64,000 bases of DNA, from contig JBDRLQ010000016.1 of assembly GCA_043812915.1 (NCBI GenBank), positions 32,001-96,000 of the forward strand, in the 5' to 3' direction. This DNA comes from Candidatus Micrarchaeota archaeon (GTDB lineage: Archaea > Micrarchaeota > Micrarchaeia > Anstonellales > Bilamarchaeaceae). This document shows, piece by piece, positions 15,694-24,971 of this stretch. The notes below the pieces were generated by a model that was not told the origin of the DNA, did not search any database, and saw only the letters and a list, made by a program, of their open reading frames with translations. Position 1 is the first letter of the stretch. Every line of letters begins with the position of its first letter. A program made the position numbers and the translations under genes.

Positions 15694-16458
15694 ATGATAA
15701 TCAACATAAATAGGAGTATAATCCCAGCGTGCGACGTCACGCTTGACGAGTATAGGGAAATCGTGAAGGCGACTGCTGACATAAGGAAGATTGGCGCCTA
15801 CAAGGTCGGGATATCCTTCCTCGATGTCGGCCTGAAGGCCGTTGTGGACAGCACAAGGGAATTCTCGGACAAGCCGGTAATATATGACCATCAGAAAGCG
15901 GGCACGGACATCCCGGAATCCACACCATCCAAGTTCATGGACAGCATGGTTCGTGCTGGCATCAACGCTGTAATCCTCTTTCCCCAGGCGGGGCCAGCAA
16001 CTGAATACGAGTGGATTAACGCCGCCAAGGACAAGGGCCTCGGGGTGATAGTTGGAGGGGAGATGACCCACGCCAGATACCTTGACGGGGACAGTTCAGA
16101 GAGCAAAAAGAAGAACTACACAGAAATCTTCAGGGAGCTCGGGATTGAACGGGAGCTCACCGGCTACTTAAGGAGAAGCGCCCCTGATGACATTTACGAA
16201 TTGGCGGCAAGGATGGGTGTTGCTGATTTTGTGGTTCCTGGAAACAAGCCGGACCGGATACGGCATTACAAGGGGCTAATTGAAAAGTGCGGGGTGAAAG
16301 AGCCGGTGTTCTACTCGCCAGGGCTGGTAGCCCAAGGGGGAGAAATATCCGAGGGCGCGGAAGCGGCAGGTGAGCGCTTCCACGCAATTGTCGGCCGTGG
16401 CATCTACCAGGCGCAAGACAAGAAGAAAGCCGCCCTGGAAATGACCTGCAGGCTCTAG
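15694..16458 (+). CDS. pyrF: Orotidine-5'-phosphate decarboxylase (divergent active-site spacing)
   Basis: IPACD, YKVG, IYDHQKAGTDIP, SPG..AQGG, IVGRGIYQA. Confidence 0.85.
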   Translation: MIININRSIIPACDVTLDEYREIVKATADIRKIGAYKVGISFLDVGLKAVVDSTREFSDKPVIYDHQKAGTDIPESTPSKFMDSMVRAGINAVILFPQAGPATEYEWINAAKDKGLGVIVGGEMTHARYLDGDSSESKKKNYTEIFRELGIERELTGYLRRSAPDDIYELAARMGVADFVVPGNKPDRIRHYKGLIEKCGVKEPVFYSPGLVAQGGEISEGAEAAGERFHAIVGRGIYQAQDKKKAALEMTCRL

Positions 16459-17153
16459 CGGGTGCAGGTGTATATCCCGGAGTCCTTTACCTTGCCTCCG
16501 GTAATTTCGCTCATTTTGGCCTTTGCCTCCTCCATTGTGTCCCTGAGCATCTTCTCAGGAACGCCAGGAGGGCTGTAGATTAGCATCAGCACCCGGCTCG
16601 TCCCGGCGTGTATGGCGGTCCTCATGGAATCGGCGGTCGGTCCCCCGAAAATGGAGATATCGTCCTTTGTGAGCAGCCGGTCATCAGTGCTCATGTCCTT
16701 CCCGCCAATCCCGATGTACTTGCCGCCTTCTTTCCCGATGTGCAGCCTGATTATACCCTTCACATTGGCGGCATCATACACGCCGCAGGGGTAGCCGGTC
16801 GTCATTGAGATGACATTGTTGGTATCGACAACGGTGTTTATCCGCTCGATTCCCTTCCCGCTGACAATCCTCCTTATCAGCGCCTCGCTCGATGCCCTGT
16901 CCTTTGTGGGATCAAGGCCAACTGTTGAGAACAGCTTCCTGATTGCCTTTATCACATTGTCCTTCGGGATGGCCTCAGCATTCGGGAATTTCTCTTCCAC
17001 CTGGACCATCGCAACCTCAATCATGTTGTCCATCGCCATGCCATCGCGCCTGACCACAACATCCTCAAAGAGGATGTATCCTACCTTTAGCCCCTCCAGC
17101 TTCTCCTTGGCCTCAGGATATACCTTGAATCTGATTTTTTCCATAACAATCAC
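16455..17153 (-). CDS. B3/B4 (PheRS editing-like) domain protein
   Basis: GLDPTK.R.SSEAL.RR, IN.VVD.NN.IS, G.YD, GPTADS.RT. Confidence 0.85.
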   Translation of the reverse strand: MIVMEKIRFKVYPEAKEKLEGLKVGYILFEDVVVRRDGMAMDNMIEVAMVQVEEKFPNAEAIPKDNVIKAIRKLFSTVGLDPTKDRASSEALIRRIVSGKGIERINTVVDTNNVISMTTGYPCGVYDAANVKGIIRLHIGKEGGKYIGIGGKDMSTDDRLLTKDDISIFGGPTADSMRTAIHAGTSRVLMLIYSPPGVPEKMLRDTMEEAKAKMSEITGGKVKDSGIYTCTR

Positions 17154-17515
17154 TTCGTTGCTTTTCTGGGCCTCGGATTCGGCCCTGGCAGCTGTTTCTT
17201 GTATAGCTTTTTGTCGGTATCAGCGTTCTCATAGCTGTTTGAGAACCATATCACGTTGACCGGGCAGACCTCTGCGCACAGCCCGCAGTAGATGCACAGG
17301 CTCCGGTCCACAATAGCGTATTTGCTGGCCTGGTCGACCACAATCGCCCCTGTCGGGCAGTTCATCTCGCAGAGCCTGCACGATATGCATTTCTTCTGGT
17401 CCACATGTATCCTGCCCCTGAAATTGATTGAGACCTTGCTCTCCTTCTTGGGATACTCATTCGTGAAGGGCTTTGCGAAAAGGTTCTTCAATACCTTGAT
17501 GATCATCGACACCAT
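17150..17515 (-). CDS. 2[4Fe-4S] subunit (EchF/NuoI-like)
   Basis: FRG, CISCRLCEMNCP and CIYCGLCAEVCP. Confidence 0.92.
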   Translation of the reverse strand: MVSMIIKVLKNLFAKPFTNEYPKKESKVSINFRGRIHVDQKKCISCRLCEMNCPTGAIVVDQASKYAIVDRSLCIYCGLCAEVCPVNVIWFSNSYENADTDKKLYKKQLPGPNPRPRKATK

Positions 17516-17518
17516 GTT

Positions 17519-18346
17519 TCACACCAGCAGGAATATGTCCAGGAACGCCAGCAGTGCAAGCGCAAGGAAGGTCCTGACAGTCACGACAGTAGAGTATCTT
17601 GGGGAGCTAGTCAGCATTATGGCATAGAATATCATGAAGAAGGGGGCGAGCAGCAGCCCGTACACCTTCCCGACAAGCAGAACCCCGAGTAGTATGTAAA
17701 CCACCAAATCCTTTGTCCATTCAGCAACTTCGAGCAATGCGAGCTTCCTCCCGGAGTACTCAGAGAAGAACCCCGCGGATATCTCCGCTTCAGCCGACAT
17801 CACATCATAGGGCGTTACCCTGAGTATCACGAAAGCGGTGAATATCAGGAAAAGGGAAGCGAAGGGCATCTGCATGAACGCGAACTCCGTGCTGAAATCA
17901 GCAAGCCCGCTCGCCCCGGTCTTGTAGAAGAAGAGGGAGAGCACGATGAGGAACGTAATCTCATATCCGAGCATCAGTAGCAGTTCCCTCACGCTGGCAC
18001 ACATCCCGAACGGGGAGCGGCTTGCGACAGCGCCGAATATGTAGAACGTGTCCTGGAGGATGAACAGGTATCCGATCACTATGAAATCGAAGCTGAATCC
18101 TAGGACCGAGAAAGGGACGAACAGTACGAGCGCGATTGTACATATGAACGCGAGGTAAGGAACGAGGCTGAATACCATGTTGTCATAGTAGAACCCCTCC
18201 TTCCCAAGCAGCTTGAATATATCATAGAAAGGCTGCATCAGGGGCGGGCCCTGCCGGTTGTGCATGTGCGCGACAATCTTCCTCCTTATTCCCTCGAACG
18301 CGAGGGCAAGGGGAATTAGCATTATAGCCAATAGCCAGTCAATCAT
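17519..18346 (-). CDS. Membrane subunit (EchB/NuoH-like)
   Basis: RK..A.M.NRQGPP..QP.YD..KLL.KE, RE....YE, PYD...AE.EI..G..SEYSG. Confidence 0.9.
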   Translation of the reverse strand: MIDWLLAIMLIPLALAFEGIRRKIVAHMHNRQGPPLMQPFYDIFKLLGKEGFYYDNMVFSLVPYLAFICTIALVLFVPFSVLGFSFDFIVIGYLFILQDTFYIFGAVASRSPFGMCASVRELLLMLGYEITFLIVLSLFFYKTGASGLADFSTEFAFMQMPFASLFLIFTAFVILRVTPYDVMSAEAEISAGFFSEYSGRKLALLEVAEWTKDLVVYILLGVLLVGKVYGLLLAPFFMIFYAIMLTSSPRYSTVVTVRTFLALALLAFLDIFLLV

Positions 18347-19502
18347 GTTTCCGACCCGCGAACAGCTCATGGCTGTTCCAAACTTCCTTCTTACCATTCT
18401 TCACGACAGCAACCCTCTCCATGCAGGATATGCACGGGTCAAGGCTGCCGATAATCACCGGCACGTCTGTTATATCCTCTCCCTCCAAAACCTTCGAATA
18501 TGAAATGACATTCGCGAGCGTCGGCGTCCGCAGTTTCAGCCTGAACACCCTGTTCTTCTCGACTTTCAGGAAATGGAAATTCTCCCCTCTCGGGGCCTCG
18601 CTCCTTCCGACCCCTGTGGCTTCGGCGACGAAGAACCCCGGCTTCTTTGGGACATCTTCTCCAGGCTCAATCATCTGGCATGCCTTCCGGATTAGCCGGA
18701 CGCACTCAGGTATCTCATCCAGGCGGTTCATGCTCCGGGTGTACGAATCACCGCCATCCTTAACTACCGGCTTCACCTTCAGCTCCTTGAATGCGTATGC
18801 CATGTAAGGCGCATGCCTGCGCACATCATAGTCAATGCCCGAGGCCCTTGCGACCGGACCGACTAATCCCAGTTCCCTGGCAGTATCCTTGGAAATGTTG
18901 CCGTGCTTCCTGAACCTGCTGCTTATGACATCGTTCTTTGCCATCACCTCGCGAAGCTCCTTAACTTCAGGCTCGATTACATCAAGTTTCTCAAGCACGA
19001 AATCAAGCTCCGCCTTGCCAAAGCTCCTCTTTGCGCTACCGACCAAATCAGGGGAATGGTGCACCCTGTTGCCGGTAAGTTCATCGAATATATCGAGTAT
19101 ATGCTCCCTTTCCTTCCAATAGTACATGAAGAGGGTCTCAAGCCCGATTTCATGGGCCATAACACCCGCCCAGAGCAGGTGGGAATGAACCCTCTCCAGC
19201 TCCGCGGTAATCAGCCTCTGCAGGTATACCTTGTCGGGCACCTTCTTCCCAATCATGGGCTCCGATGCGTTCAGGAACGCCATCGAATGGCACTGCGAGC
19301 AGATTCCGCACGTCCTCTGCACTGCGTGCAGTGCGCTGTCAAGGAACATGTTCTCGGCGCATTTCTCCACCCCGCGGTGCGCGTAGCCCAGGTTGAATTC
19401 CGCCTTGACTATATAGCTGCCATCGACATGCAGCTTCAGGAATATCGGCTCTTTAAGGGCAGGATGCTGCGGCCCAATCGGGTACATCGTTGTGTGCATC
19501 AT
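18339..19502 (-). CDS. Group 4 [NiFe]-hydrogenase large subunit (EchE-like)
   Basis: GPQHPAL.EP, HRGVEK, L1 RTCGICSQCH, EAPRGE, L2 DPCISCMER with a C-terminal extension. Confidence 0.93.
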   Translation of the reverse strand: MMHTTMYPIGPQHPALKEPIFLKLHVDGSYIVKAEFNLGYAHRGVEKCAENMFLDSALHAVQRTCGICSQCHSMAFLNASEPMIGKKVPDKVYLQRLITAELERVHSHLLWAGVMAHEIGLETLFMYYWKEREHILDIFDELTGNRVHHSPDLVGSAKRSFGKAELDFVLEKLDVIEPEVKELREVMAKNDVISSRFRKHGNISKDTARELGLVGPVARASGIDYDVRRHAPYMAYAFKELKVKPVVKDGGDSYTRSMNRLDEIPECVRLIRKACQMIEPGEDVPKKPGFFVAEATGVGRSEAPRGENFHFLKVEKNRVFRLKLRTPTLANVISYSKVLEGEDITDVPVIIGSLDPCISCMERVAVVKNGKKEVWNSHELFAGRKHD

Positions 19503-19846
19503 CCCACCTTGCCAATGCACCTGGACGTCTCAAAGGCTTTTTGTGCAGCCTCCCTCCCGTCCGCGGCCTGGAACAGCCGCTTTCCGCTAAACTCATTCCC
19601 CTCAAACCGTATCCCGAAAAGCTCAGTGACCTCCGCCTCCAGCAGGGCGGCATTGGCGAATATACCAATCAGGCTCTGCACCTTCTCCCCTTTTGGGACC
19701 TCGAGCTCCACCTGCCCTATCTCAGTTTTGCTCTTCCATGAGAAATGGTAGTACAGGGTCTGCCTCCCGTCCTTGTTCACACTGGTAATGGAAATCAGCC
19801 GCTCGGGCTTTAGCTTCTTCACCTTATCTGCTGCGCTTAACATCAA
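19499..19846 (-). CDS. EchD/NuoC-like subunit
   Basis: RLISIT, LYYHF, S...F.NA.L.E.E..ELFGI.F.G. Confidence 0.85.
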   Translation of the reverse strand: MMLSAADKVKKLKPERLISITSVNKDGRQTLYYHFSWKSKTEIGQVELEVPKGEKVQSLIGIFANAALLEAEVTELFGIRFEGNEFSGKRLFQAADGREAAQKAFETSRCIGKVG

Positions 19847-20237
19847 GACACTTCCTTATGCCGTCAATTATCGTTTCGGGCCTCGGCGGGCAGCCGGGCA
19901 CATACACATCCACAGGTATGATTTTGTCCAGGGGGCCGAGAGTTGAATATGAATCCTTGTACAAACCGCCGCTCACGCAGCACGCACCGATTGCGACAAC
20001 CCTTTTTGGCTTTGGCAGCTGCGAATAGATGTTCATCAGCCTCTTCACGTTCTGCTTATTCACTATCCCTGTCACCAGCAGCACGTCCGCGTGCTTCGCG
20101 CTGGCCTTGAGCTCCATCCCGAACCTTGTGATGTCGTATCTTGGATTGAAACACGCCAGGCATTCAAGTGTGCATCCGTTGCACCCTCCGGCGTTGAAGA
20201 AGCTTATCCAGGGGGATTTCTTTATAATAGCGCTCAT
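19824..20237 (-). CDS. Hydrogenase small subunit (EchC/NuoB-like)
   Basis: GCNGC.LE, HADVLLVTG, AIGAC, VDVYVPGCPPRP. Confidence 0.93.
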   Translation of the reverse strand: MSAIIKKSPWISFFNAGGCNGCTLECLACFNPRYDITRFGMELKASAKHADVLLVTGIVNKQNVKRLMNIYSQLPKPKRVVAIGACCVSGGLYKDSYSTLGPLDKIIPVDVYVPGCPPRPETIIDGIRKCLDVKRSR

Positions 20238-20353
20238 TTCCTTCTCCCCAAAAGGTCCTTTAGGAACGAGAGCAGCAGGTCTGAGAAGTCCTTTGGCATC
20301 ATGCTGTTCTCGTCAAGGTCTTCCCCGCCCAGATATACCTTCGTCTTCCTCAT
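20234..20353 (-). CDS. 39-aa operon peptide (not in ORF track)
   Basis: MRKTKVYLGGEDLDENSMMPKDFSDLLLSFLKDLLGRRK; overlaps both neighbours by ATGA. Confidence 0.65.
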   Translation of the reverse strand: MRKTKVYLGGEDLDENSMMPKDFSDLLLSFLKDLLGRRK

Positions 20354-21054
20354 GTGTACATCTCCAGTATCGTAAACAGTATCTGGGGGGCAATCCCCAG
20401 CACGACCGTGAATATTGCCAGCGCGGTTGACAGCGCATTTGGGATTATCCCGAAGCTAATCGGCTTCTTCCCCTTCCCGGCAAACAGAACATAGCAAATC
20501 CTGAAATAGAACAGGAATGCAACTAAGCTTGCAAACACAGTCCCTAACATCAGAGCCGGGTGCACCGTGAATAAAGATGAATATATTATGAATTCCCCGA
20601 TAAATACGTTGAACCCTGGCATCCCGCCAAGGGAGAGGCAGGCTATGCAGAGCAGAAGCGCGAGGTACTGGTTGCTCTCATAGATGCCAGCATAGTCCCG
20701 CACCCCGTCCTTCCGCAGCCCCCCGTACAGGATGGCCATTGTTATCGCGAACAATCCCCCTGCCACAGCGAAATTTATCAGCTGCAGCACGGCGAACCAC
20801 ACCGACTTTTCTATAAGCAGCGCTGTGCTGACATCCAGAAGGAAATAGAAGAACTGGATTATTGTCGAGAAGAGCACGTACTTCATGAAGGACTTGTCGA
20901 ACAATCCGATGAAGCTGAAAATTGTTATTCCGAGGATGCACGCAACGCTGAAGGCAATCCTGAATTCCGGCGCAAGCTCCATTCCATTGGCCAGAATGAG
21001 GTACATCGCGGCAAGAGCTATGAAAAATACTGCCAAGGGCAGCGCACGTCTCAT
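20350..21054 (-). CDS. Half-length Mrp/NuoM/N-like proton-translocating subunit
   Basis: KYVLFSTIIQFFY (cf. K..LAYSSI.H.GY), LSLGGMPGF..F.GEF, LG..P; only 234 aa. Confidence 0.8.
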   Translation of the reverse strand: MRRALPLAVFFIALAAMYLILANGMELAPEFRIAFSVACILGITIFSFIGLFDKSFMKYVLFSTIIQFFYFLLDVSTALLIEKSVWFAVLQLINFAVAGGLFAITMAILYGGLRKDGVRDYAGIYESNQYLALLLCIACLSLGGMPGFNVFIGEFIIYSSLFTVHPALMLGTVFASLVAFLFYFRICYVLFAGKGKKPISFGIIPNALSTALAIFTVVLGIAPQILFTILEMYT

Positions 21055-21084
21055 GGGAGGAGTTCGGAGATAAGGAATATAAAG

Positions 21085-21546
21085 TTAGCAGTGGGGATCC
21101 CGAAGCCGCCTGTTCAGGACTGCGGCGACCTCGTTCCCCCTTTTTTTCACAATGCCGCTCATCGGCTCCCCGAATTCAATGGATTCCGGCTGCACCCCGA
21201 GGACATAAAGCCTTGCATCGGGCAGCATCCTGGCAAATAGCAGGAACGACATGGAGTGCGTGCTGGCGCTGCTTTTCTGGAGCTGTTCAGAACTGACAAA
21301 GCCGATTGTCCCAGGTTCCTCCCCGAAATCAGCGGCATCAACAATCAGTATCACATCAGGCGCGATGGGCTTGATTGTCTTAATGTAATTCTCAGGCATG
21401 GTGGCGCAGAAGATTTTGGAATCAGTTTTCAGCCTGTCAAACACATACTTGCCAAGGGCGTCATCGCCCTTCATGTCATTGCCAACGCCCAGCACGATGA
21501 CTTTCTTTCCTGTTAGCGCCTTTTCCAGCTCTTCCCTCCAGCTCAT
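21085..21546 (-). CDS. hycI: Hydrogenase maturation endopeptidase (HycI-like)
   Basis: LGVGN.M.GDDA.G, PENY, IVDAADF, STHSM, GVQP. Confidence 0.88.
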   Translation of the reverse strand: MSWREELEKALTGKKVIVLGVGNDMKGDDALGKYVFDRLKTDSKIFCATMPENYIKTIKPIAPDVILIVDAADFGEEPGTIGFVSSEQLQKSSASTHSMSFLLFARMLPDARLYVLGVQPESIEFGEPMSGIVKKRGNEVAAVLNRRLRDPHC

Positions 21547-22184
21547 CTGAATCCGCACTCCCCTCTCAACGGGACGAATATCACAGGCAACACATTATCC
21601 CAAGTCCCGCTCTTCTTGTCATAGACAACCAGCTCCTGCCTGAACTCGTCCCCGACTGGGGCTACAATCCTGCCATCAGGCTTGAGCTGCCCAACCATAG
21701 GGTGCCTCCTATCGAGTTTGGGCATTGCAGCCGTCACGATTATCCGGTCATATGGGGCCTGAGCCGCATATCCACAGCTCGCGTCTCCTGCATGCAGTTC
21801 AATGTTATCAAGCGCTTTGCAGCGCTCCAGGTTCTTTCTGGCAAGCTCCACAAGCTCAGGAATCAAATCAAAGCCGATTACCCTGCCCTTCCCCCCGACC
21901 ATGCGCGAGAGCAGTGCGGTGTTGTATCCAGTCCCGGAGCCAACTTCCAGGACTTTCATCCCTGGCGCCAAAAGCAGCTTCTCAAGCATGAAAGACACCA
22001 CGGTTGGAGCGGAAATAGTCTGTCCAAAGCCAACAGGGTAAGCGATGTCCTCGTATGCATGCATTGCCGCAGAGGGTGGAAAGAACATCGCACGGTCAAC
22101 AGAGAGCATCGCATCCTTCACATCCGCGCTTTTGAGGAAGCCACTTGCAATAAGCCGCTCAACCATCCCCCCAAGCCCTGACAT
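21543..22184 (-). CDS. pcm: Protein-L-isoaspartate O-methyltransferase
   Basis: GQTISAP, VLEVGSGTGY, APYDRIIVTAA, QLKPDGR..APVG, FVPL. Confidence 0.95.
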   Translation of the reverse strand: MSGLGGMVERLIASGFLKSADVKDAMLSVDRAMFFPPSAAMHAYEDIAYPVGFGQTISAPTVVSFMLEKLLLAPGMKVLEVGSGTGYNTALLSRMVGGKGRVIGFDLIPELVELARKNLERCKALDNIELHAGDASCGYAAQAPYDRIIVTAAMPKLDRRHPMVGQLKPDGRIVAPVGDEFRQELVVYDKKSGTWDNVLPVIFVPLRGECGFR

Positions 22185-22219
22185 AAACCTTAATAAAACA
22201 AAGATAGAGATAAATCATT

Positions 22220-23020
22220 ATGCCTGAGCAGACTTTCGGGGGCGACGATGATGATGGCGGCTCTTATGGAGAGCAGAAGCCCCGGAAACCTAAGGAGCTG
22301 GACAAGTTCGGCCTGATGCCGGATGCCAACATCCGCGATGTTTTCTGGGAGATGATGGGCTCATACGCCGCAACCAAGAAGCCAAGCCGGAACCTTTCCG
22401 AACTTGACAATGACAGGTTCGCCATGATACGAGTAGCAGTTACGGTGCTTGACAATCCCCAGAGCCACCACTATGGGCTCTCACCAGGTTTCGTTGCAAG
22501 GTATACCGCGATGATGCTGCTGGATGGCAAATGGTCAGATGCTTTCGCCGAATTCCTCAAGGACTGCAAGGAGAGCCGCGGGAAGGCCGATTCATACCTG
22601 ATATCATCCTTCAAGTATGTCTGGAGGGAGCCGGAATACCAGCCGCTTGTTGTGGAAAGCTTCCGGAACATGCTCCGCTCAAGGAACGGAGCCCCAATCG
22701 GGCTGTATTTTGTGGCCCAGATGAAGAACCGGGAGCTTATTTCCGCGCTCAAGCGCGAGCTCGTGATTCTGGCGAGGGGCGATGTTGGGGAGAATCAGCT
22801 CAATGCGATAGCCGCGCTTGCTCTCCTATCCAACGACCCTGATGTCATCAAGACCCTTCAGGTGCTCCTTGCGCACTGGGATGCGGAAATACGGAAGCTC
22901 GCGGCCACCTGCCTGCTCGCATATAAAAGCGATGGGTCGGTCAAGAGCTCCGCAAATAAAAGGCTGCAGACAGAGCAGAATGATGAAGTGAAGAAGATAC
23001 TGGCAAAGATTTCAAAGTGA
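22220..23020 (+). CDS. HEAT-repeat-containing hypothetical protein
   Basis: C-terminal HEAT-like helices (QLNAIAALA, L...D.EIRKLAA..L); its stop overlaps the dim2 start. Confidence 0.7.
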   Translation: MPEQTFGGDDDDGGSYGEQKPRKPKELDKFGLMPDANIRDVFWEMMGSYAATKKPSRNLSELDNDRFAMIRVAVTVLDNPQSHHYGLSPGFVARYTAMMLLDGKWSDAFAEFLKDCKESRGKADSYLISSFKYVWREPEYQPLVVESFRNMLRSRNGAPIGLYFVAQMKNRELISALKRELVILARGDVGENQLNAIAALALLSNDPDVIKTLQVLLAHWDAEIRKLAATCLLAYKSDGSVKSSANKRLQTEQNDEVKKILAKISK

Positions 23021-23547
23021 TACTAATGGAAATTCTAAGAATACCCGCAGAGAGAGTGAGCATCCTTCTCGGAAAATACGGAGAGACCCGGAAGAAGATA
23101 GAGGAAAAGTGCAACATCCGGCTGCAGGTGGATCCTGATGGGGAAGTGCAGATGGAAGGGGACCCGGCGGACATTTTCCTTTCCAAGGACGTAATCCAGG
23201 CAATCGGCAGGGGCTTCCCGCCCAGAATCGCCCTGAAGCTGGCAAAAGATGATTTCAACCTAATCATTTTCCCGTTGAGGGAGATGCTCTCCACAGAGAA
23301 GACCATAACGCGCATGAAAGGCAGGGTAATAGGGGAAGACGGCAAGATGAAGACCGAAATCGAGAGCGCGACCGAATCCTATATCTCGGTCTATGGCCAT
23401 ACGATAGGGCTGATTTCCAGGATCGATACAATAAAGTATGCCAAAGAGGCAATCGAGATGCTCCTTAGCGGCGCGCCACACTCAATCGTATATGGTTACC
23501 TTAGAAAGGCAAAACGGGGGATAATCGAAGAGCGGCTGAGGTCCTGA
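23017..23547 (+). CDS. KH-domain pre-rRNA processing protein (Dim2/Pno1-like)
   Basis: IP.ERV..L.GK.GE, AIGRGF.P..A..L, R.KGR.IG..GK, G..H..VY..L. Confidence 0.93.
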   Translation: MILMEILRIPAERVSILLGKYGETRKKIEEKCNIRLQVDPDGEVQMEGDPADIFLSKDVIQAIGRGFPPRIALKLAKDDFNLIIFPLREMLSTEKTITRMKGRVIGEDGKMKTEIESATESYISVYGHTIGLISRIDTIKYAKEAIEMLLSGAPHSIVYGYLRKAKRGIIEERLRS

Positions 23548-23605
23548 TTATGTTGTAAAAACCCTAAAAAAAGTTTTATAAATTTCCCTTAACATTATAT
23601 TTTCT

Positions 23606-24901
23606 ATGACAAATGCTTCTGTTGTTCAGAATGGCCAGGTTAACTCCAAGAGGCCTTTTGTTGAGATGGCATTTCCCAAGCCCGTCAGGAAAGCCTTCAG
23701 GTGGATGAATTATAGATTCAATGAGCATGGCAGTGTTATCCATACGCTTGCAAAAAGCCTGCCCGAAGAGCAGAAAGCGCAAGTGGATGAGCATGGCAAG
23801 AGATTCTGTGCCGCGCGCTTGAAGAAGAATGTGCCAATGGGCTTCAGGACTGTCCTAACCTCACTCGTTATAGGTCAGGGTATGTGGTATCTCGTCTGCC
23901 CGTGGCTCTCGCACCAGCCCGGAATAGAGAATATGGCAACTCTTCCAAGGTGGCTTCTAACAGGTGGGCTCGACAAGCTTTTCCTGACTCATGAAGGCCT
24001 GCTTTACCATACGGATGGCTACAGCCGCGATTTCGCGCTTGGGCTTGCCAGCAGGGTTCCACAGACAGTTGGTGTCGGGCTCGCGCTTTTCGCTGCCGAA
24101 ATTGCAACTGATTTCTCAAGGTGCTGGATAGAGAGGTGGCAGCAGAAGACATGGGGAATCCTCCCGGATGGGGCTGCCAGGCTATATGGCCAGGCAAGGC
24201 CCTTCCCGGTAAGGTATTCCAGCCTTGAGGCTTACCAGAAAATAATCAGCGTTGCGCTCCGCCCCTGGGCTCTTGGAACTCCGGCGCAGATATTCAGCAG
24301 CATCACGGGCATCTTCGGCTCAATATGGCGGACCGGCCCGCAGGTGCTCTTGGTTGCGACCCTCGGCCGCGGCCTCGATAAGTTCTTCAAGAAGGCCGCC
24401 GGGTGGACGAGGCTATCGAAAATCGCCAATAAAATCTTCGAAGCCGGAAAGAAGGAGGAAGAGAAAGCGCTTGAGGATATCCGGAAAGCTGTTGGCAACA
24501 AGAAGTCGGTTGCCCTCGATTTCATGCTCGCGGCCGATTCAAAGCTCCTCTTCAAATTAAACCCGTTCAGGCAGGGCATTACCCTTGAGAACGCGGAGAA
24601 GGCAGCTGAAATCACACTAAGGGGGACTGAGCTGGAAGAATACCTTCTGACGACTGCCTGCGGCGATAGGCATCTTATTGATGTCCAGCTGGAATTCAGG
24701 AAAACGCTTGCAGAGTGCCTTGTGGGTGTCGATGATATATTCGGGAAGAAGGCACTTGCCAAGGTCCCTGACTATCAGGAATTGATGGAACTGATGGACC
24801 GCCCTGAGTGGGACAACTCCTCCATCGGGGATATGCATGAGGCTGCAGAGCTCCTGGGCGCGACATTGGAGAACCTGCGCACAGAGCGCGTCATCCGCTG
24901 A
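23606..24901 (+). CDS. Hypothetical membrane-associated protein
   Basis: 431-aa ORF with several hydrophobic segments and its own TATA box (TTTTATAAA, about 23574); no family recognised. Confidence 0.7.
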   Translation: MTNASVVQNGQVNSKRPFVEMAFPKPVRKAFRWMNYRFNEHGSVIHTLAKSLPEEQKAQVDEHGKRFCAARLKKNVPMGFRTVLTSLVIGQGMWYLVCPWLSHQPGIENMATLPRWLLTGGLDKLFLTHEGLLYHTDGYSRDFALGLASRVPQTVGVGLALFAAEIATDFSRCWIERWQQKTWGILPDGAARLYGQARPFPVRYSSLEAYQKIISVALRPWALGTPAQIFSSITGIFGSIWRTGPQVLLVATLGRGLDKFFKKAAGWTRLSKIANKIFEAGKKEEEKALEDIRKAVGNKKSVALDFMLAADSKLLFKLNPFRQGITLENAEKAAEITLRGTELEEYLLTTACGDRHLIDVQLEFRKTLAECLVGVDDIFGKKALAKVPDYQELMELMDRPEWDNSSIGDMHEAAELLGATLENLRTERVIR

Positions 24902-24971
24902 AAAAACGGCTAAACGGTTTTAAACGTTCCTTGATATTTCTCCTTTTGTTCTTTAATTTCGGTGACCAGTC

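Noticed and set aside
17150..21054. Respiratory complex I (nuo) operon
   Set aside because: The large subunit retains both Ni-binding CxxC motifs and a HycI protease is adjacent; NuoA/J/K/E/F/G are absent.
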